A stretch of 64,000 nt of DNA from an uncultured Gammaproteobacteria bacterium (lineage in GTDB: Bacteria; Patescibacteriota; Patescibacteriia; UBA1558; S5-K13): positions 14,919 through 78,918 of the forward strand of contig CAYRHT010000003.1 in NCBI GenBank assembly GCA_964424195.1. Reading direction: 5' to 3'. Below, piece after piece: positions 1 through 9,211 of this stretch. How positions within the stretch are numbered: position 1 is the stretch's first letter; each line of letters starts with the position of its first letter. Position numbers and translations under genes: made by a program. A model generated the notes under the pieces. That model was not told where the DNA came from and ran no database searches. It saw only the letters and a list, made by a program, of their open reading frames with translations.

Positions 1-636
1 GGATACAAAGAGTTTTTAGGTTTAGGATTGGATCAAATAAATCATTATGCTAAAGAGTTTGGTCTATCAAGTAAGTTGGGAATAGATTTACCTAATGAGA
101 ATGATGGATTTTTACCAACTGAAGCTTGGAAGAATGAAGTTAAAGATGAACCTTGGTATATTGGTGATACTTATCACTTAAGTATTGGACAAGGAGACAT
201 CCTAGTTACTCCCTTACAGGTAGCAATGTTTACTTCTGCGATTGCTAATGGTGGAACTTTGTATCAACCCCAACTACTAAAAGCAATAATTAAAGAAAAA
301 GAAGCTAAAGTAGTAAAACATCATATTAACAATGATAACTTTATCTCTCCAGAGAATATTAGTATAGTTCAAAAAGGACTGGAAATGTCAGTCACAGATG
401 GTTCTTCTCGCTATTTACTAACTTTACCAGTTTCAGCTACTGGAAAGACTGGAACAGCTCAATATGGAGCAGATAACAAGACTCATGCTTGGTTTACTGG
501 TTATGCTCCAGCTGAAGCTCCAGAAATAGTATTAACAGTCTTAATTGAAGATGGTGGAGGAGGCTCTTCAGTAGCAGTTCCCCTTGCTAGAGACATTTTA
601 TTGTGGTATTTTAACAATAAGGAAGGTGAAGAATAA
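1..636 (+). CDS. Penicillin-binding protein 2-type transpeptidase, C-terminal part (5' end lies outside the window; frame is open from nt 1)
   Basis: Frame 1 is open from nt 1. Translation shows a transpeptidase C-terminal region (YIGDTYHLSIGQG..., KTG triad in SATGKTGTAQ). It sits next to mreB. Confidence 0.7.
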   Translation, partial: GYKEFLGLGLDQINHYAKEFGLSSKLGIDLPNENDGFLPTEAWKNEVKDEPWYIGDTYHLSIGQGDILVTPLQVAMFTSAIANGGTLYQPQLLKAIIKEKEAKVVKHHINNDNFISPENISIVQKGLEMSVTDGSSRYLLTLPVSATGKTGTAQYGADNKTHAWFTGYAPAEAPEIVLTVLIEDGGGGSSVAVPLARDILLWYFNNKEGEE

Positions 637-689
637 GCTACCTAGTGGGTTAGCTATTTTTAATATTTTAGAGATTAATAATTTAATAT

Positions 690-1151
690 ATGGCTAAAAG
701 TTATTTAACAGAAAAAGGTTTAAAGAAAATAGAAAAAGAATTAATAGAATTAAAAACTATTAAAAGACCAGATGTTGTAAAGAGAATTGATATTGCTCGA
801 GAATTTGGTGATTTATCAGAGAATGCAGCTTATCATGATGCTAAAGATGAACAGGGATATATCGAAGGTCGTATTTTAGAGTTGGAACATTTAATTAAAA
901 CTTCAGATATTATTGATGAAAATGTTCATGATAAGAATTTAGTTGAAATTGGAGCTCATGTTAAAGTTGATTTTGATGGAGAAGAAAAAGAATTTAATAT
1001 TGTTGGAGCAAATGAAGCTGATCCTATGAAAGGTTCAATATCTTACAATTCTCCTTTAGGAAGTTCTTTTATTGGGAAAAGAGTAGGGGATAAGTTTGAA
1101 GTAGAAGTTCCCAAAGGTAATATTCAATGTAAAATTTTAGAGATTAAATAA
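690..1151 (+). CDS. greA: Transcription elongation factor GreA
   Basis: 153 aa with the GreA N-terminal coiled coil plus the FKBP-like C-terminal domain. Conserved acidic tip DLSENAAY. Confidence 0.85.
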   Translation: MAKSYLTEKGLKKIEKELIELKTIKRPDVVKRIDIAREFGDLSENAAYHDAKDEQGYIEGRILELEHLIKTSDIIDENVHDKNLVEIGAHVKVDFDGEEKEFNIVGANEADPMKGSISYNSPLGSSFIGKRVGDKFEVEVPKGNIQCKILEIK

Positions 1152-2165
1152 ATGTTTAGAAAAAAAATTGGAATAGATTTAGGTACAACAACTACATTAG
1201 TTTATGTGCCTAAAAAAGGAATTATTATCAATGAGCCATCTGTCGTGGCTGTTTCTTTGGTTGATAAAAAAGTATTAGCTGTAGGAAATGAAGCTAAAGA
1301 AATGATTGGAAGAACTCCTGACTCTATTACTGCTCATCGACCATTAAAGGACGGAGTTATTGCTGATTACAAAACAACAGAAAGCATGCTTCGTTATTTC
1401 ATAAACAAAGCTCTTTCGGGAGTTAAGATATTAAGACCAGAGGTTATGATTTCAGTACCAGCTGGTATTACTTCTACTGAAAGAAGAGCTGTAATTAGTG
1501 CTACTATTGCTTCTGGAGCTAAAGCTGCATATATCATTAAACAACCATTAGCAGCCGCTATTGGAGCAGAGATTCCAATTGGTTCAGCATCAGGACATAT
1601 GATTGTTGAAATGGGTGGTGGAACAACTGAAATAGCTGTTATCTCTTTAGGCGGTATTGTAACTTGTAATTCTGTTAGAATTGGTGGTACTAGATTTGAT
1701 GTCGCTATCATGGAGTATATTAAAAAGAAATATGGTTTAGCTATTGGAGAAAGAACAGCTGAATCAATTAAGATTAAAATTGGTTCTGCTTTATTCTTAG
1801 AAGATAAAGATAAGATGAGTATGGAAATTAAAGGCAGAGATATAGTTTCTGGTTTACCAAGAATTTTAACTATTACTTCTGATGATGTGACTGAAGCTTT
1901 ACAAAGTGAAATGGCTGGAATAGTTGCTGCAGTTAAATCTGTTTTGTATGATACTCCTCCAGAATTGTCAGCTGATGTAATGGATAAAGGAATGATTCTT
2001 TCTGGTGGAACAGCTCAACTTAGAAATATTGATAAATTATTATCTCAAGCAACTGGAGTACCAGCATATGTTTCAGATCGATCATATTTAAGTGTGGTTA
2101 AAGGAACAGGTGTGGCTTTAGAAAACCTAGATGCTTACAAGAGAAGTATTTTATCTACAAAATAA
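1152..2165 (+). CDS. mreB: Rod-shape determining actin homolog MreB
   Basis: IGIDLGTTTTLVYV phosphate-1 motif. Actin-fold signatures throughout; 337 aa. Confidence 0.9.
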   Translation: MFRKKIGIDLGTTTTLVYVPKKGIIINEPSVVAVSLVDKKVLAVGNEAKEMIGRTPDSITAHRPLKDGVIADYKTTESMLRYFINKALSGVKILRPEVMISVPAGITSTERRAVISATIASGAKAAYIIKQPLAAAIGAEIPIGSASGHMIVEMGGGTTEIAVISLGGIVTCNSVRIGGTRFDVAIMEYIKKKYGLAIGERTAESIKIKIGSALFLEDKDKMSMEIKGRDIVSGLPRILTITSDDVTEALQSEMAGIVAAVKSVLYDTPPELSADVMDKGMILSGGTAQLRNIDKLLSQATGVPAYVSDRSYLSVVKGTGVALENLDAYKRSILSTK

Positions 2166-3253
2166 TGAAAATTGGAATTGATGCTAGTCGAATTAATTTA
2201 AAGCAAAAAACTGGTACCGAGTGGTATTCTTATTACATTACTAAGTATTTATTAAATATTGATAGAAATAATCAATATTTTTTGTTTTCTAGGGAAGAAT
2301 TAGCCAATGAATTCTTAGAATATCCAAATGTAAAGAATATTGTTTTAAAATGGCCTTTAAAAAAGTTTTGGACTTTTACTAAACTTAGTTCAGAGTTAAA
2401 GAAATATGATTTAGATCTCTTTTTCTCTCCAGCTCATAATTTACCAAATACTAAAGCTAAGAAAGTAATAACTTGGCATGATTGTGGTTATGAATACTTT
2501 CCTAATCATTATTCTCAGACTCAGCTATTATCTTTAAAACTAGGTGCTAAGAGTTTAAGTAAAACAGATTTAATCATCACCCCTTCATTAAATACTAAAA
2601 ATGATATTATTAAATTCTATGGAATAGGGGAAGACAGGATATTTGTAGTTCCTCATGGGATTGATTTTGAAAAGTATAACAATATTAGTGCTACCAATGA
2701 TGTATTAGAGAAGTATAATATTCAGAAAGACTATCTACTATACATTGGTCGTTTGGAATCTAAGAAGAATATTGTTAATTTAATAAAGTCCTATGAGAAG
2801 CTAAGAGAAAATAATGATTTTCAATTAGTCTTAGTTGGTAAGCCTGGGTTTGAATTTGAAACTATTAATGATCAGATTCAGAGTTCAGATTACAAAGAAG
2901 ATATTAAAGTAATAGGTTGGGTTAATGAAGAAGAGAAGATAGAGCTTCTTAAAAAAGCAAAACTATTTTGTTTAGTAAGTATTTTTGAAGGATTTGGTAT
3001 ACCAATTCTAGAAGCTATGTTATGCAAGGTACCTGTTTTAATGTCAGATTTAGAAGTTTTTAAAGAATTTGGAATTAATGATGCCTGTTTTACTGGGAAT
3101 AATATTGGGAATATTAGTTCTCAGATGGAAGAGTTGTTATTAAATGAAGAATTAAGGGAAAGTATTATAGATAAAAATTATGAATTAGTTCAGAATTTTA
3201 ATTGGCAAAAGTCAGCTCAAGATACTCTAGAAGTATTTAAAAGATTAATTTGA
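2165..3253 (+). CDS. GT-B glycosyltransferase (group 1/GT4 family)
   Basis: C-terminal EGFGIPILEAM motif typical of GT4 retaining glycosyltransferases. ATGA overlap with the mreB stop. Confidence 0.7.
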   Translation: MKIGIDASRINLKQKTGTEWYSYYITKYLLNIDRNNQYFLFSREELANEFLEYPNVKNIVLKWPLKKFWTFTKLSSELKKYDLDLFFSPAHNLPNTKAKKVITWHDCGYEYFPNHYSQTQLLSLKLGAKSLSKTDLIITPSLNTKNDIIKFYGIGEDRIFVVPHGIDFEKYNNISATNDVLEKYNIQKDYLLYIGRLESKKNIVNLIKSYEKLRENNDFQLVLVGKPGFEFETINDQIQSSDYKEDIKVIGWVNEEEKIELLKKAKLFCLVSIFEGFGIPILEAMLCKVPVLMSDLEVFKEFGINDACFTGNNIGNISSQMEELLLNEELRESIIDKNYELVQNFNWQKSAQDTLEVFKRLI

Positions 3254-3361
3254 CATATTTAATCACTTATGTTAGTATAGATATATTATGAAAAGACAAA
3301 TGACAAAATTAAATAATAATAATAATCTCGAATAGGTTGCGAGCTATTTTTATTTATTTAA

Positions 3362-3387
3362 TTCAGCTCGCAAAGCTGAATTTTTTT
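3362..3387 (+). terminator. Intrinsic terminator downstream of the glycosyltransferase
   Basis: Stem ttcagct/agctgaa with loop cgcaa, followed by T7. An upstream segment ttgcgagct (3337-3345) can alternatively pair with agctcgcaa. Confidence 0.5.
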
Positions 3388-3389
3388 AT

Positions 3390-3464
3390 TGCCGGGTAGT
3401 TGAGTGGTACAACGCTACGCTGTTAACGTAGATATCGCTGGTTCGATCCCAGCCCCGGCAGCCA
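3390..3464 (+). tRNA. tRNA-Asn (anticodon GTT), 3' CCA encoded
   Basis: Cloverleaf readable by eye: acceptor TGCCGGG/CCCGGCA, T-arm gctgg-ttcgatc-ccagc, anticodon stem ctacg/cgtag with loop cTGTTaa, discriminator G then CCA. Confidence 0.8.
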
Positions 3465-3470
3465 TCATTA

Positions 3471-3497
3471 AACATAGTCTAAAGCTATGTTTTTTGT
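3471..3497 (+). terminator. Intrinsic terminator after the tRNA
   Basis: Stem aacatag/ctatgtt with loop tctaaag, followed by TTTTT. Confidence 0.5.
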
Positions 3498-3564
3498 TTT
3501 ACAAAATTAAAATAATTTGTTAAGGTTTTGGTAATAAAATATAATTAAAAAAAAGGAGGACATT

Positions 3565-4116
3565 TTGCAGGTAAAAATTATTATTCTATCAAAAAAGGAG
3601 TTGAAAGAAATCGCTGAGACCTTAGATAAACATTATTTTGAATTATTGGAATTAATGTTTACTAGGAAAGTGGAAGAAATTAGAAGTGATAGAGAAAGTA
3701 CATTTCGAGATATCAACAATATTGAACATAAAATTGTCGATAATAAAACACTTAGAGTTGAAATTACTTTTGGATCAAAAATTCCAATGTATAAAGCTTG
3801 TTCATCTCAGATTAATATTAAACTTTCTCCACGATGTTTGTCATTTTCTGTTAAAGAGAATAAAATGATGAAGGGTAGACTGAAGAAAGATTTTGATGTT
3901 TATAAGATCGTAGCATTTTTAAATGAGATTGGAATTGAATCAAAGGTATTTAAAATTGCTGATAGTAAATCTTTGAATGGAAATATTGATGGGAAACAGC
4001 ATACAGAACCTAAAGGATCAAATGGATTTGGAAAAAAACCTAGAAGCGATAGAGTTCAGACCGGTGAACCATCTAGAAAACAAAAGAAAAATCTAAAGAA
4101 GAAAAAGAAGAAATAA
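3565..4116 (+). CDS. Hypothetical protein with poly-lysine C-terminal tail
   Basis: TTG start preceded by AAGGAGGA. 183 aa ending in NLKKKKKK. No recognisable domain. Confidence 0.45.
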   Translation: MQVKIIILSKKELKEIAETLDKHYFELLELMFTRKVEEIRSDRESTFRDINNIEHKIVDNKTLRVEITFGSKIPMYKACSSQINIKLSPRCLSFSVKENKMMKGRLKKDFDVYKIVAFLNEIGIESKVFKIADSKSLNGNIDGKQHTEPKGSNGFGKKPRSDRVQTGEPSRKQKKNLKKKKKK

Positions 4117-4122
4117 TTATAT

Positions 4123-4149
4123 AGCAGGAACTTTGTTCCTGCTTTTTTA
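4123..4149 (+). terminator. Intrinsic terminator
   Basis: Stem agcaggaac/gttcctgct followed by TTTTTT. Confidence 0.55.
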
Positions 4150-4198
4150 TTGACTTTAGAGAGTATTGGGTTTAAGCTAAAAGAAAAAAGGAGGAATT

Positions 4199-5185
4199 AT
4201 GAAAAAGACAGTGATGCTTGTGATGTTAGTTCTGTTATTCACTGCTTGTTCAGTGAATAGAGTTAATGTTCGTAGTTCAGATGAGCTATCTCAAATTGAA
4301 GATAGGGAGCTATTAAATGTTCAAGCTCGTCGATTAATTGAAGATCAAAAACTATCTTGGGAAAAAGAAGATAGTCTTAATATTGCCTATATCGGAGATA
4401 CTCGATCAAGTACTATTAAAAGATTATCTAAGGACGATATTGTTCCTGCTTTTCGTGATATGTCTAAGCAGATGATTGATGAAGATGTGGATTTGATATT
4501 CCATTGTGGTGATATTAGTTCCATGGGTACTGAAATTCAATTTCAAAATTACTATAATTTTGTAAAAAGAATTATGGATATTTATGGGATTCCATTCCTA
4601 ACTGTTGTGGGAAATCATGAGTGGAATAAAATTGATGGATACAAGTATTATTTTACTTATGTAGATTCGATCTTAGATTATAATTTTGATATCTTAGATT
4701 CTAGATTTTTAGTATTCTCTAACTATGGAAATAATGGAATAAAGAATTATCAATTTACAGACTTACAATTGAAAAATTTGAAGAGATTGATTGATCTACC
4801 AGAGGATATTAAGAAATTGATGATTTTAACTCATGCTCCTATCTGGTTAAGACCTTCTAAGAATAACGGAAAGTATCAGAATTACTTTGAATTTGATGAT
4901 ATTTTAATTCAGAAGAGGTTAATTGATAAAACTAAAATTTATTGCATTAATGGTCATCAACACAAATACGCTAAAAAGGTGGAGAATAACATTCTTTACT
5001 TAACTAGTGGAGGTGGTGGAGGACCATTTAAGAATCCAAAGTTTTTAGGAGTGGATCAACAGAATAAATATTTTTTCTGGATCAAGACTATTCATGACTT
5101 AAATTCTAATGCTTTAAGATTTAAAATAAAGTTTAGGAAAGCAAAGTTAGAGAAATTTGCTGTTCAATACAATTTTACCTTCTAG
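4199..5185 (+). CDS. Calcineurin-like metallophosphoesterase lipoprotein
   Basis: Signal peptide with lipobox LLFTAC. Metallophosphatase motifs GDxRS..., HCGDIS, VVGNHEW, GHQH. Confidence 0.7.
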   Translation: MKKTVMLVMLVLLFTACSVNRVNVRSSDELSQIEDRELLNVQARRLIEDQKLSWEKEDSLNIAYIGDTRSSTIKRLSKDDIVPAFRDMSKQMIDEDVDLIFHCGDISSMGTEIQFQNYYNFVKRIMDIYGIPFLTVVGNHEWNKIDGYKYYFTYVDSILDYNFDILDSRFLVFSNYGNNGIKNYQFTDLQLKNLKRLIDLPEDIKKLMILTHAPIWLRPSKNNGKYQNYFEFDDILIQKRLIDKTKIYCINGHQHKYAKKVENNILYLTSGGGGGPFKNPKFLGVDQQNKYFFWIKTIHDLNSNALRFKIKFRKAKLEKFAVQYNFTF

Positions 5186-5209
5186 TCTGTATGCTAGGGG
5201 GTTTTTTTA

Positions 5210-5238
5210 TTGACAAAACACTTAAAACATACTATATT
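5210..5238 (+). promoter_or_regulatory. Sigma70-type promoter of rnpB
   Basis: TTGACA (5210-5215), 17-nt spacer, TATATT (5233-5238). Predicted TSS near 5245 coincides with the P1 helix start. Confidence 0.5.
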
Positions 5239-5244
5239 AATGGG

Positions 5245-5567
5245 TAGTTAAGTTAGTAGATGATCGACAAGTATATTTAATACTTGTAGGAAAGTCCGAA
5301 CACTAGAAAAGAATAATTGGTAACGCCAACCCTAGAAAAGAGTAATCTTTTTTAGAGAACAAGTGGAACAGAAAATATACCTGCCTTTATTGGCTAAGGG
5401 TGAAATTGCTAATTAATGAATTAGCGCGCTTTATTGGTGACAATAGAGAAGAGTTAAACTTTATTCAGTGCAAGGCCAAATTTGGTAGGCTGCTAGAATA
5501 TTATGGCAACATGATATCAAGATAGATGATCATCCTCGACAGAATTCGGCTTATTCTAATTTAACTG
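5245..5567 (+). ncRNA. rnpB: RNase P RNA (bacterial type A, compact)
   Basis: Universally conserved P4 element GGAAAGUCCGAAC, with the 3' partner ACAGAAUUCGGCUUA carrying compensatory CCGAA/UUCGG pairs. P3 hairpin caagtat...atacttg. GGUAACGCC and AGGGUGAAA..UUAGCGCGC J11/12-like motifs. GCAAGGCCAAAU and GGUAGGCUGCU blocks. P1 pairs 5245-5256 with 5556-5567. Confidence 0.8.
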
Positions 5568-5580
5568 CTATATTATACTT

Positions 5581-6969
5581 ATGAGAAAAAATAAATTATT
5601 ATTAGATGTGATTGAAGTCCCTTTGGATTTTATTCTTTTAATTTTGTCAGGAGTACTGGCTTACTTTTTAAGATTTAAATCTTTTGTGGTTCAATATCGA
5701 CCAATTCTTTTTGATTTACCTTTCTTATTATTCTTTAAGATACTTTTAGGAGTATCTTTTTTTGCTTTAATAGTTCTATTTTTCTCTGGACTTTATAGTC
5801 TGCAAAGAAAGAAATTAAGAGCTAAGATTTCTAAAGTATTTTCAGCTTGCTCAGTTCTAATTTTAATTCTAATTGTAGCTTTCTTTTTTAATCAAAGATT
5901 ATTTTCTTCCCGTTTTATAGTAATCTTCTTTTGGATATTTAGTTTAACATTCTTTTCTTTAGAAAGAATAATTTTAAATATTATCTATAATACTCTAGTT
6001 AAGAAAGGAATTATTCAAATTAGAGCAGTATTGATTGGTGATAATGATAATTCTCGGAGGTTAATTAGTGAATTTAAAGAGAACAAGTCTTTAGGTTATG
6101 CAATTATAGCTAGTTATGATGTTTTGAATGAAGGAACTATCTCAGAGCTAGATAAATTAAGTCAGGAAACTTTAATCGATGAAATTATTCTAGCTGACCC
6201 TTATGCTGATCGTCAGGCAATTAGTCAATTAGTTAATTTTTGTGGTACTCATCATATTGTCTATCGTTATGCCGCTTCTATTCTAGAAACTAAAATTATT
6301 AATTTTGAAGTAGATACTATTGCTGGAATCCCAATGATTGAGATTAAAGGAACTCCTTTGGATGGTTGGGGTAAGATTTGGAAGAGAATTTTTGATATTA
6401 TGGTATCTTTTATTGGTTTAATTATTTTAATTCCAATTTACTTAATAGTGGGATTAATAATTAAATTAGATTCTAAAGGTCCAGTCTTAGTAAAACTTAA
6501 TCGAGTTGGTTCTAAGAATAAGGTTTTTGGATTGTATAAATTTAGATCAATGGTAGTTGGTGCTGAAAAAATGAAGAAAGATTTAATGGAGCAGAATGAA
6601 AGAGAGGATGGTCCTTTGTTTAAAATGAAAAATGATCCTCGAATTACTAAAGTTGGTAAATTTATTCGGAGAACTTCTATTGATGAACTACCTAATTTAA
6701 TTAATGTTTTTAGAGGAGAGATGAGTTTAGTAGGTCCTCGAGCTCATGAACCAGGAGAAGTACAGAATTACAGAGATAATCATCTAAAACTACTTTCTAT
6801 TAAACCAGGAGTTACTGGTATGGCTCAAGTATCTGGTCGTTCAGATTTAAAGTTTGAAGAAGAGGTAAAGTTAGATATTTATTATATTGAGAATTGGGGT
6901 TTAATGTTAGATTTGAGAATCTTATTAAAGACTATTAAAGTAGTTTTGTTTGATAAGACAGCGGTTTAG
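5581..6969 (+). CDS. Polyprenyl-phosphate hexose-1-phosphate transferase (WbaP/bacterial sugar transferase family) initiating glycan synthesis
   Basis: N-terminal multi-TM region plus C-terminal bacterial sugar transferase domain (KFRSM..., VGPRAHEPGE..., KPGVTGMAQVSGRSDL). Confidence 0.8.
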   Translation: MRKNKLLLDVIEVPLDFILLILSGVLAYFLRFKSFVVQYRPILFDLPFLLFFKILLGVSFFALIVLFFSGLYSLQRKKLRAKISKVFSACSVLILILIVAFFFNQRLFSSRFIVIFFWIFSLTFFSLERIILNIIYNTLVKKGIIQIRAVLIGDNDNSRRLISEFKENKSLGYAIIASYDVLNEGTISELDKLSQETLIDEIILADPYADRQAISQLVNFCGTHHIVYRYAASILETKIINFEVDTIAGIPMIEIKGTPLDGWGKIWKRIFDIMVSFIGLIILIPIYLIVGLIIKLDSKGPVLVKLNRVGSKNKVFGLYKFRSMVVGAEKMKKDLMEQNEREDGPLFKMKNDPRITKVGKFIRRTSIDELPNLINVFRGEMSLVGPRAHEPGEVQNYRDNHLKLLSIKPGVTGMAQVSGRSDLKFEEEVKLDIYYIENWGLMLDLRILLKTIKVVLFDKTAV

Positions 6970-7028
6970 ATTAATTTCTAATTTAGAGTTTTAATAGGTC
7001 TGTGAAAGCAGATTTTTTTGTTTAGAAA

Positions 7029-7062
7029 TAAAAAAGGGTGATAATTAAATCACCCTTGATTG
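7029..7062. terminator. Bidirectional hairpin terminator between convergent genes
   Basis: Stem aagggtgat/atcaccctt with loop aatta, flanked by an A-run on + (a T-run on -). Confidence 0.5.
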
Positions 7063-7071
7063 TATTGACTG

Positions 7072-8046
7072 TTAGAGCTCTTCGCGGAGCTCCTTCAGTA
7101 ATTTAATGACAATAGGAATATGCTTTTTATATTCTTCCTTTTGTCCGTACTGATAATCTCTATCAATATAACGGTATGTTTTATTGAGAGTGATTATTTC
7201 TATGTTGACGGTTTTAATTTTGTCTTCGATATTTTTTTCCCATTCTCGTTTTGCTTTCTTAACCCCATCTAACATGGCTTTTGTTGTTTTTCCCCATTCT
7301 TCCCAGTCAAATGGAAAGATTTTATAGGAATTTTCATTTTGTTTTTCGTAGAAAGCTTCTTCTTGAATTTTGACCTCTATTTTTTTAATTGTAGCGAGGC
7401 TATCCATAACTTCCCAAGCATCTCTATCATATCTACCATAAGTGGATTTACTGGAATCCGGCCACATGAATGTACTTTTTTCCAAGCTGTCGATTCTGGC
7501 AAATAAAAGATCTTTTTTCTTGAATAACTTTTTCGGGAAATTTCCTTCAAGATTAATGATTAAATCATCAATTGCTCGATAGGCTTTTCCTTTGACATTA
7601 AACAATTTTACACCTTTTGCAATCAAAGGAATCGCTTCGGTTCCGAGAAGTTTTATCTCAGCCGGAGTTTTCGCTTTAAATTTGTCTAAAGAGTTCTGAT
7701 GACTGTAATAAATTAAACTGTCAGAAATTATCCCTTTGGTTTCTTGGAAGAAACTTTTATTCTGCATATTCTGGTTTGTTGCCATAATAGCAATATATCT
7801 ACCACAATACGTGTCGATATATCCGTAGCCACTGTCAGGTCTTTGATACCAAGTATCTTTGTCATAAAAACCAGTGACATTTTTCATGCTTCCTTTGAAA
7901 GTGAAGCTATCTATGACGTGGATAATCAATTTGTAAGAAGCTTTTACTTCTAAGGTGAATTGTTGAATCAATTCCTGAGGTGTGATCGCAAAAACCACAC
8001 TACCAATTAATACTACTAACAATAAGATTGTTGTCATTTTTTTCAT
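7072..8046 (-). CDS. Secreted hypothetical protein (signal peptide)
   Basis: 324 aa with an N-terminal signal peptide MKKMTTILLLVVLIGSVVFA and no recognisable domain. Locally G/C-richer codon usage than its neighbours. Confidence 0.5.
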   Translation of the reverse strand: MKKMTTILLLVVLIGSVVFAITPQELIQQFTLEVKASYKLIIHVIDSFTFKGSMKNVTGFYDKDTWYQRPDSGYGYIDTYCGRYIAIMATNQNMQNKSFFQETKGIISDSLIYYSHQNSLDKFKAKTPAEIKLLGTEAIPLIAKGVKLFNVKGKAYRAIDDLIINLEGNFPKKLFKKKDLLFARIDSLEKSTFMWPDSSKSTYGRYDRDAWEVMDSLATIKKIEVKIQEEAFYEKQNENSYKIFPFDWEEWGKTTKAMLDGVKKAKREWEKNIEDKIKTVNIEIITLNKTYRYIDRDYQYGQKEEYKKHIPIVIKLLKELREEL

Positions 8047-8202
8047 TTTTCCTCCTATTTAATAAATTATTTAAGCTTTACCTTTACGATAAATTACCTC
8101 ATTGGGCTTAATATTTATTTTTTTGTTGAACATATCAGAGTATCATTTATAAGTAAATTTGTCAAGGTATATTTAGAAATATTTTTCTGCTATAATATTC
8201 TT

Positions 8203-9201
8203 ATGTTAGATAATAAAAAAATAAAAAATAATATTGTTATTTATCAAGCAAAGAATGGTGCTATTGAGCTTCGTGCTGATAATTATAAAGAGACAATATG
8301 GGCAAGTCAAAAGGAACTTGCTGAAGTTTTTGGTGTAAATGTAAAAACCATTAATGAACATATTTTAAATATTTTTAAAACAAAAGAGTTAGATAAAATT
8401 TCAACTATCCGGAAATTCCGGATAGTTCGAAAAGAGGGGAAAAGAGATGTTGAGCGAGAAGTAATACATTATAATCTTGATATGATTGTTTCCGTTGGTT
8501 ATCGAGTTAATTCAAAGACTGCTACTAAATTTAGACAATGGGCAACGAAGATTTTAAAGAGTCATATTACTAAAGGCTATAGTATTAATAAAAAACAAAT
8601 TGCTAGGAATTATGATGATTTTATGCAAACAGTTTCTAATATTCAAAATCTTTTACCAGAACATATAGCTTTAAATCCTAAAGCAGTATTAGATCTTATT
8701 AAAGAGTTTGCTGGCACATGGGTGTCATTAGATGCTTATGACAAGGAGATTCTTAGTGGTATTGGTTCTACAAAAAAAGAGATTAAGTTGTCAGGAGTTG
8801 AGTTAGTAGAGGTGATAATGAAACTTCGTAATGAATTAATTAAAAAAGGTGAGGCTACAGAAATTTTTGCTCAAGAAAAGAATAATGGAAGTGTTGTTGG
8901 CATTGTAGGTAATGTAATGCAATCATTTGGTGGTGAGGCTTTGTATAAGACTCTGGAAGAAAAAGCAGCTCATCTTCTTTACTTTATGGTTAAAGATCAT
9001 CCTTTTATTGATGGAAATAAGCGTTCTGGTGCTTTTGCTTTTTTATGGTTTTTAAGAAAAGCTAAGGTAAAAGGTTTTAAAAATATAAATCCTAGTGCAC
9101 TTACTGCTTTAACATTATTAATTGCAGAAAGTAGTCCTAAGAAAAAAGAACAAATGGTAGCTGTAGTAATAACATTGTTATCAATGAAAACAAAAAAGTA
9201 A
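8203..9201 (+). CDS. RhuM-family protein with Doc/Fic-type motif (HPFIDGNKR)
   Basis: N-terminal 130 aa match the RhuM family (IVIYQAKNGAIELR..., YNLDMIVSVGYRVNSKTATKFRQWATKIL). The C-terminal region carries the Doc-type Fic core HPFIDGNKRSGA. TATAAT at 8191-8196 lies 6 nt before the ATG, so a leaderless start is likely. Confidence 0.7.
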   Translation: MLDNKKIKNNIVIYQAKNGAIELRADNYKETIWASQKELAEVFGVNVKTINEHILNIFKTKELDKISTIRKFRIVRKEGKRDVEREVIHYNLDMIVSVGYRVNSKTATKFRQWATKILKSHITKGYSINKKQIARNYDDFMQTVSNIQNLLPEHIALNPKAVLDLIKEFAGTWVSLDAYDKEILSGIGSTKKEIKLSGVELVEVIMKLRNELIKKGEATEIFAQEKNNGSVVGIVGNVMQSFGGEALYKTLEEKAAHLLYFMVKDHPFIDGNKRSGAFAFLWFLRKAKVKGFKNINPSALTALTLLIAESSPKKKEQMVAVVITLLSMKTKK

Positions 9202-9211
9202 TAAATTTAAT

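Noticed and set aside
1394-1711. 105-aa ORF antisense to mreB
   Set aside because: Lies entirely inside a high-confidence mreB CDS on the opposite strand. No RBS or promoter; low-complexity translation.
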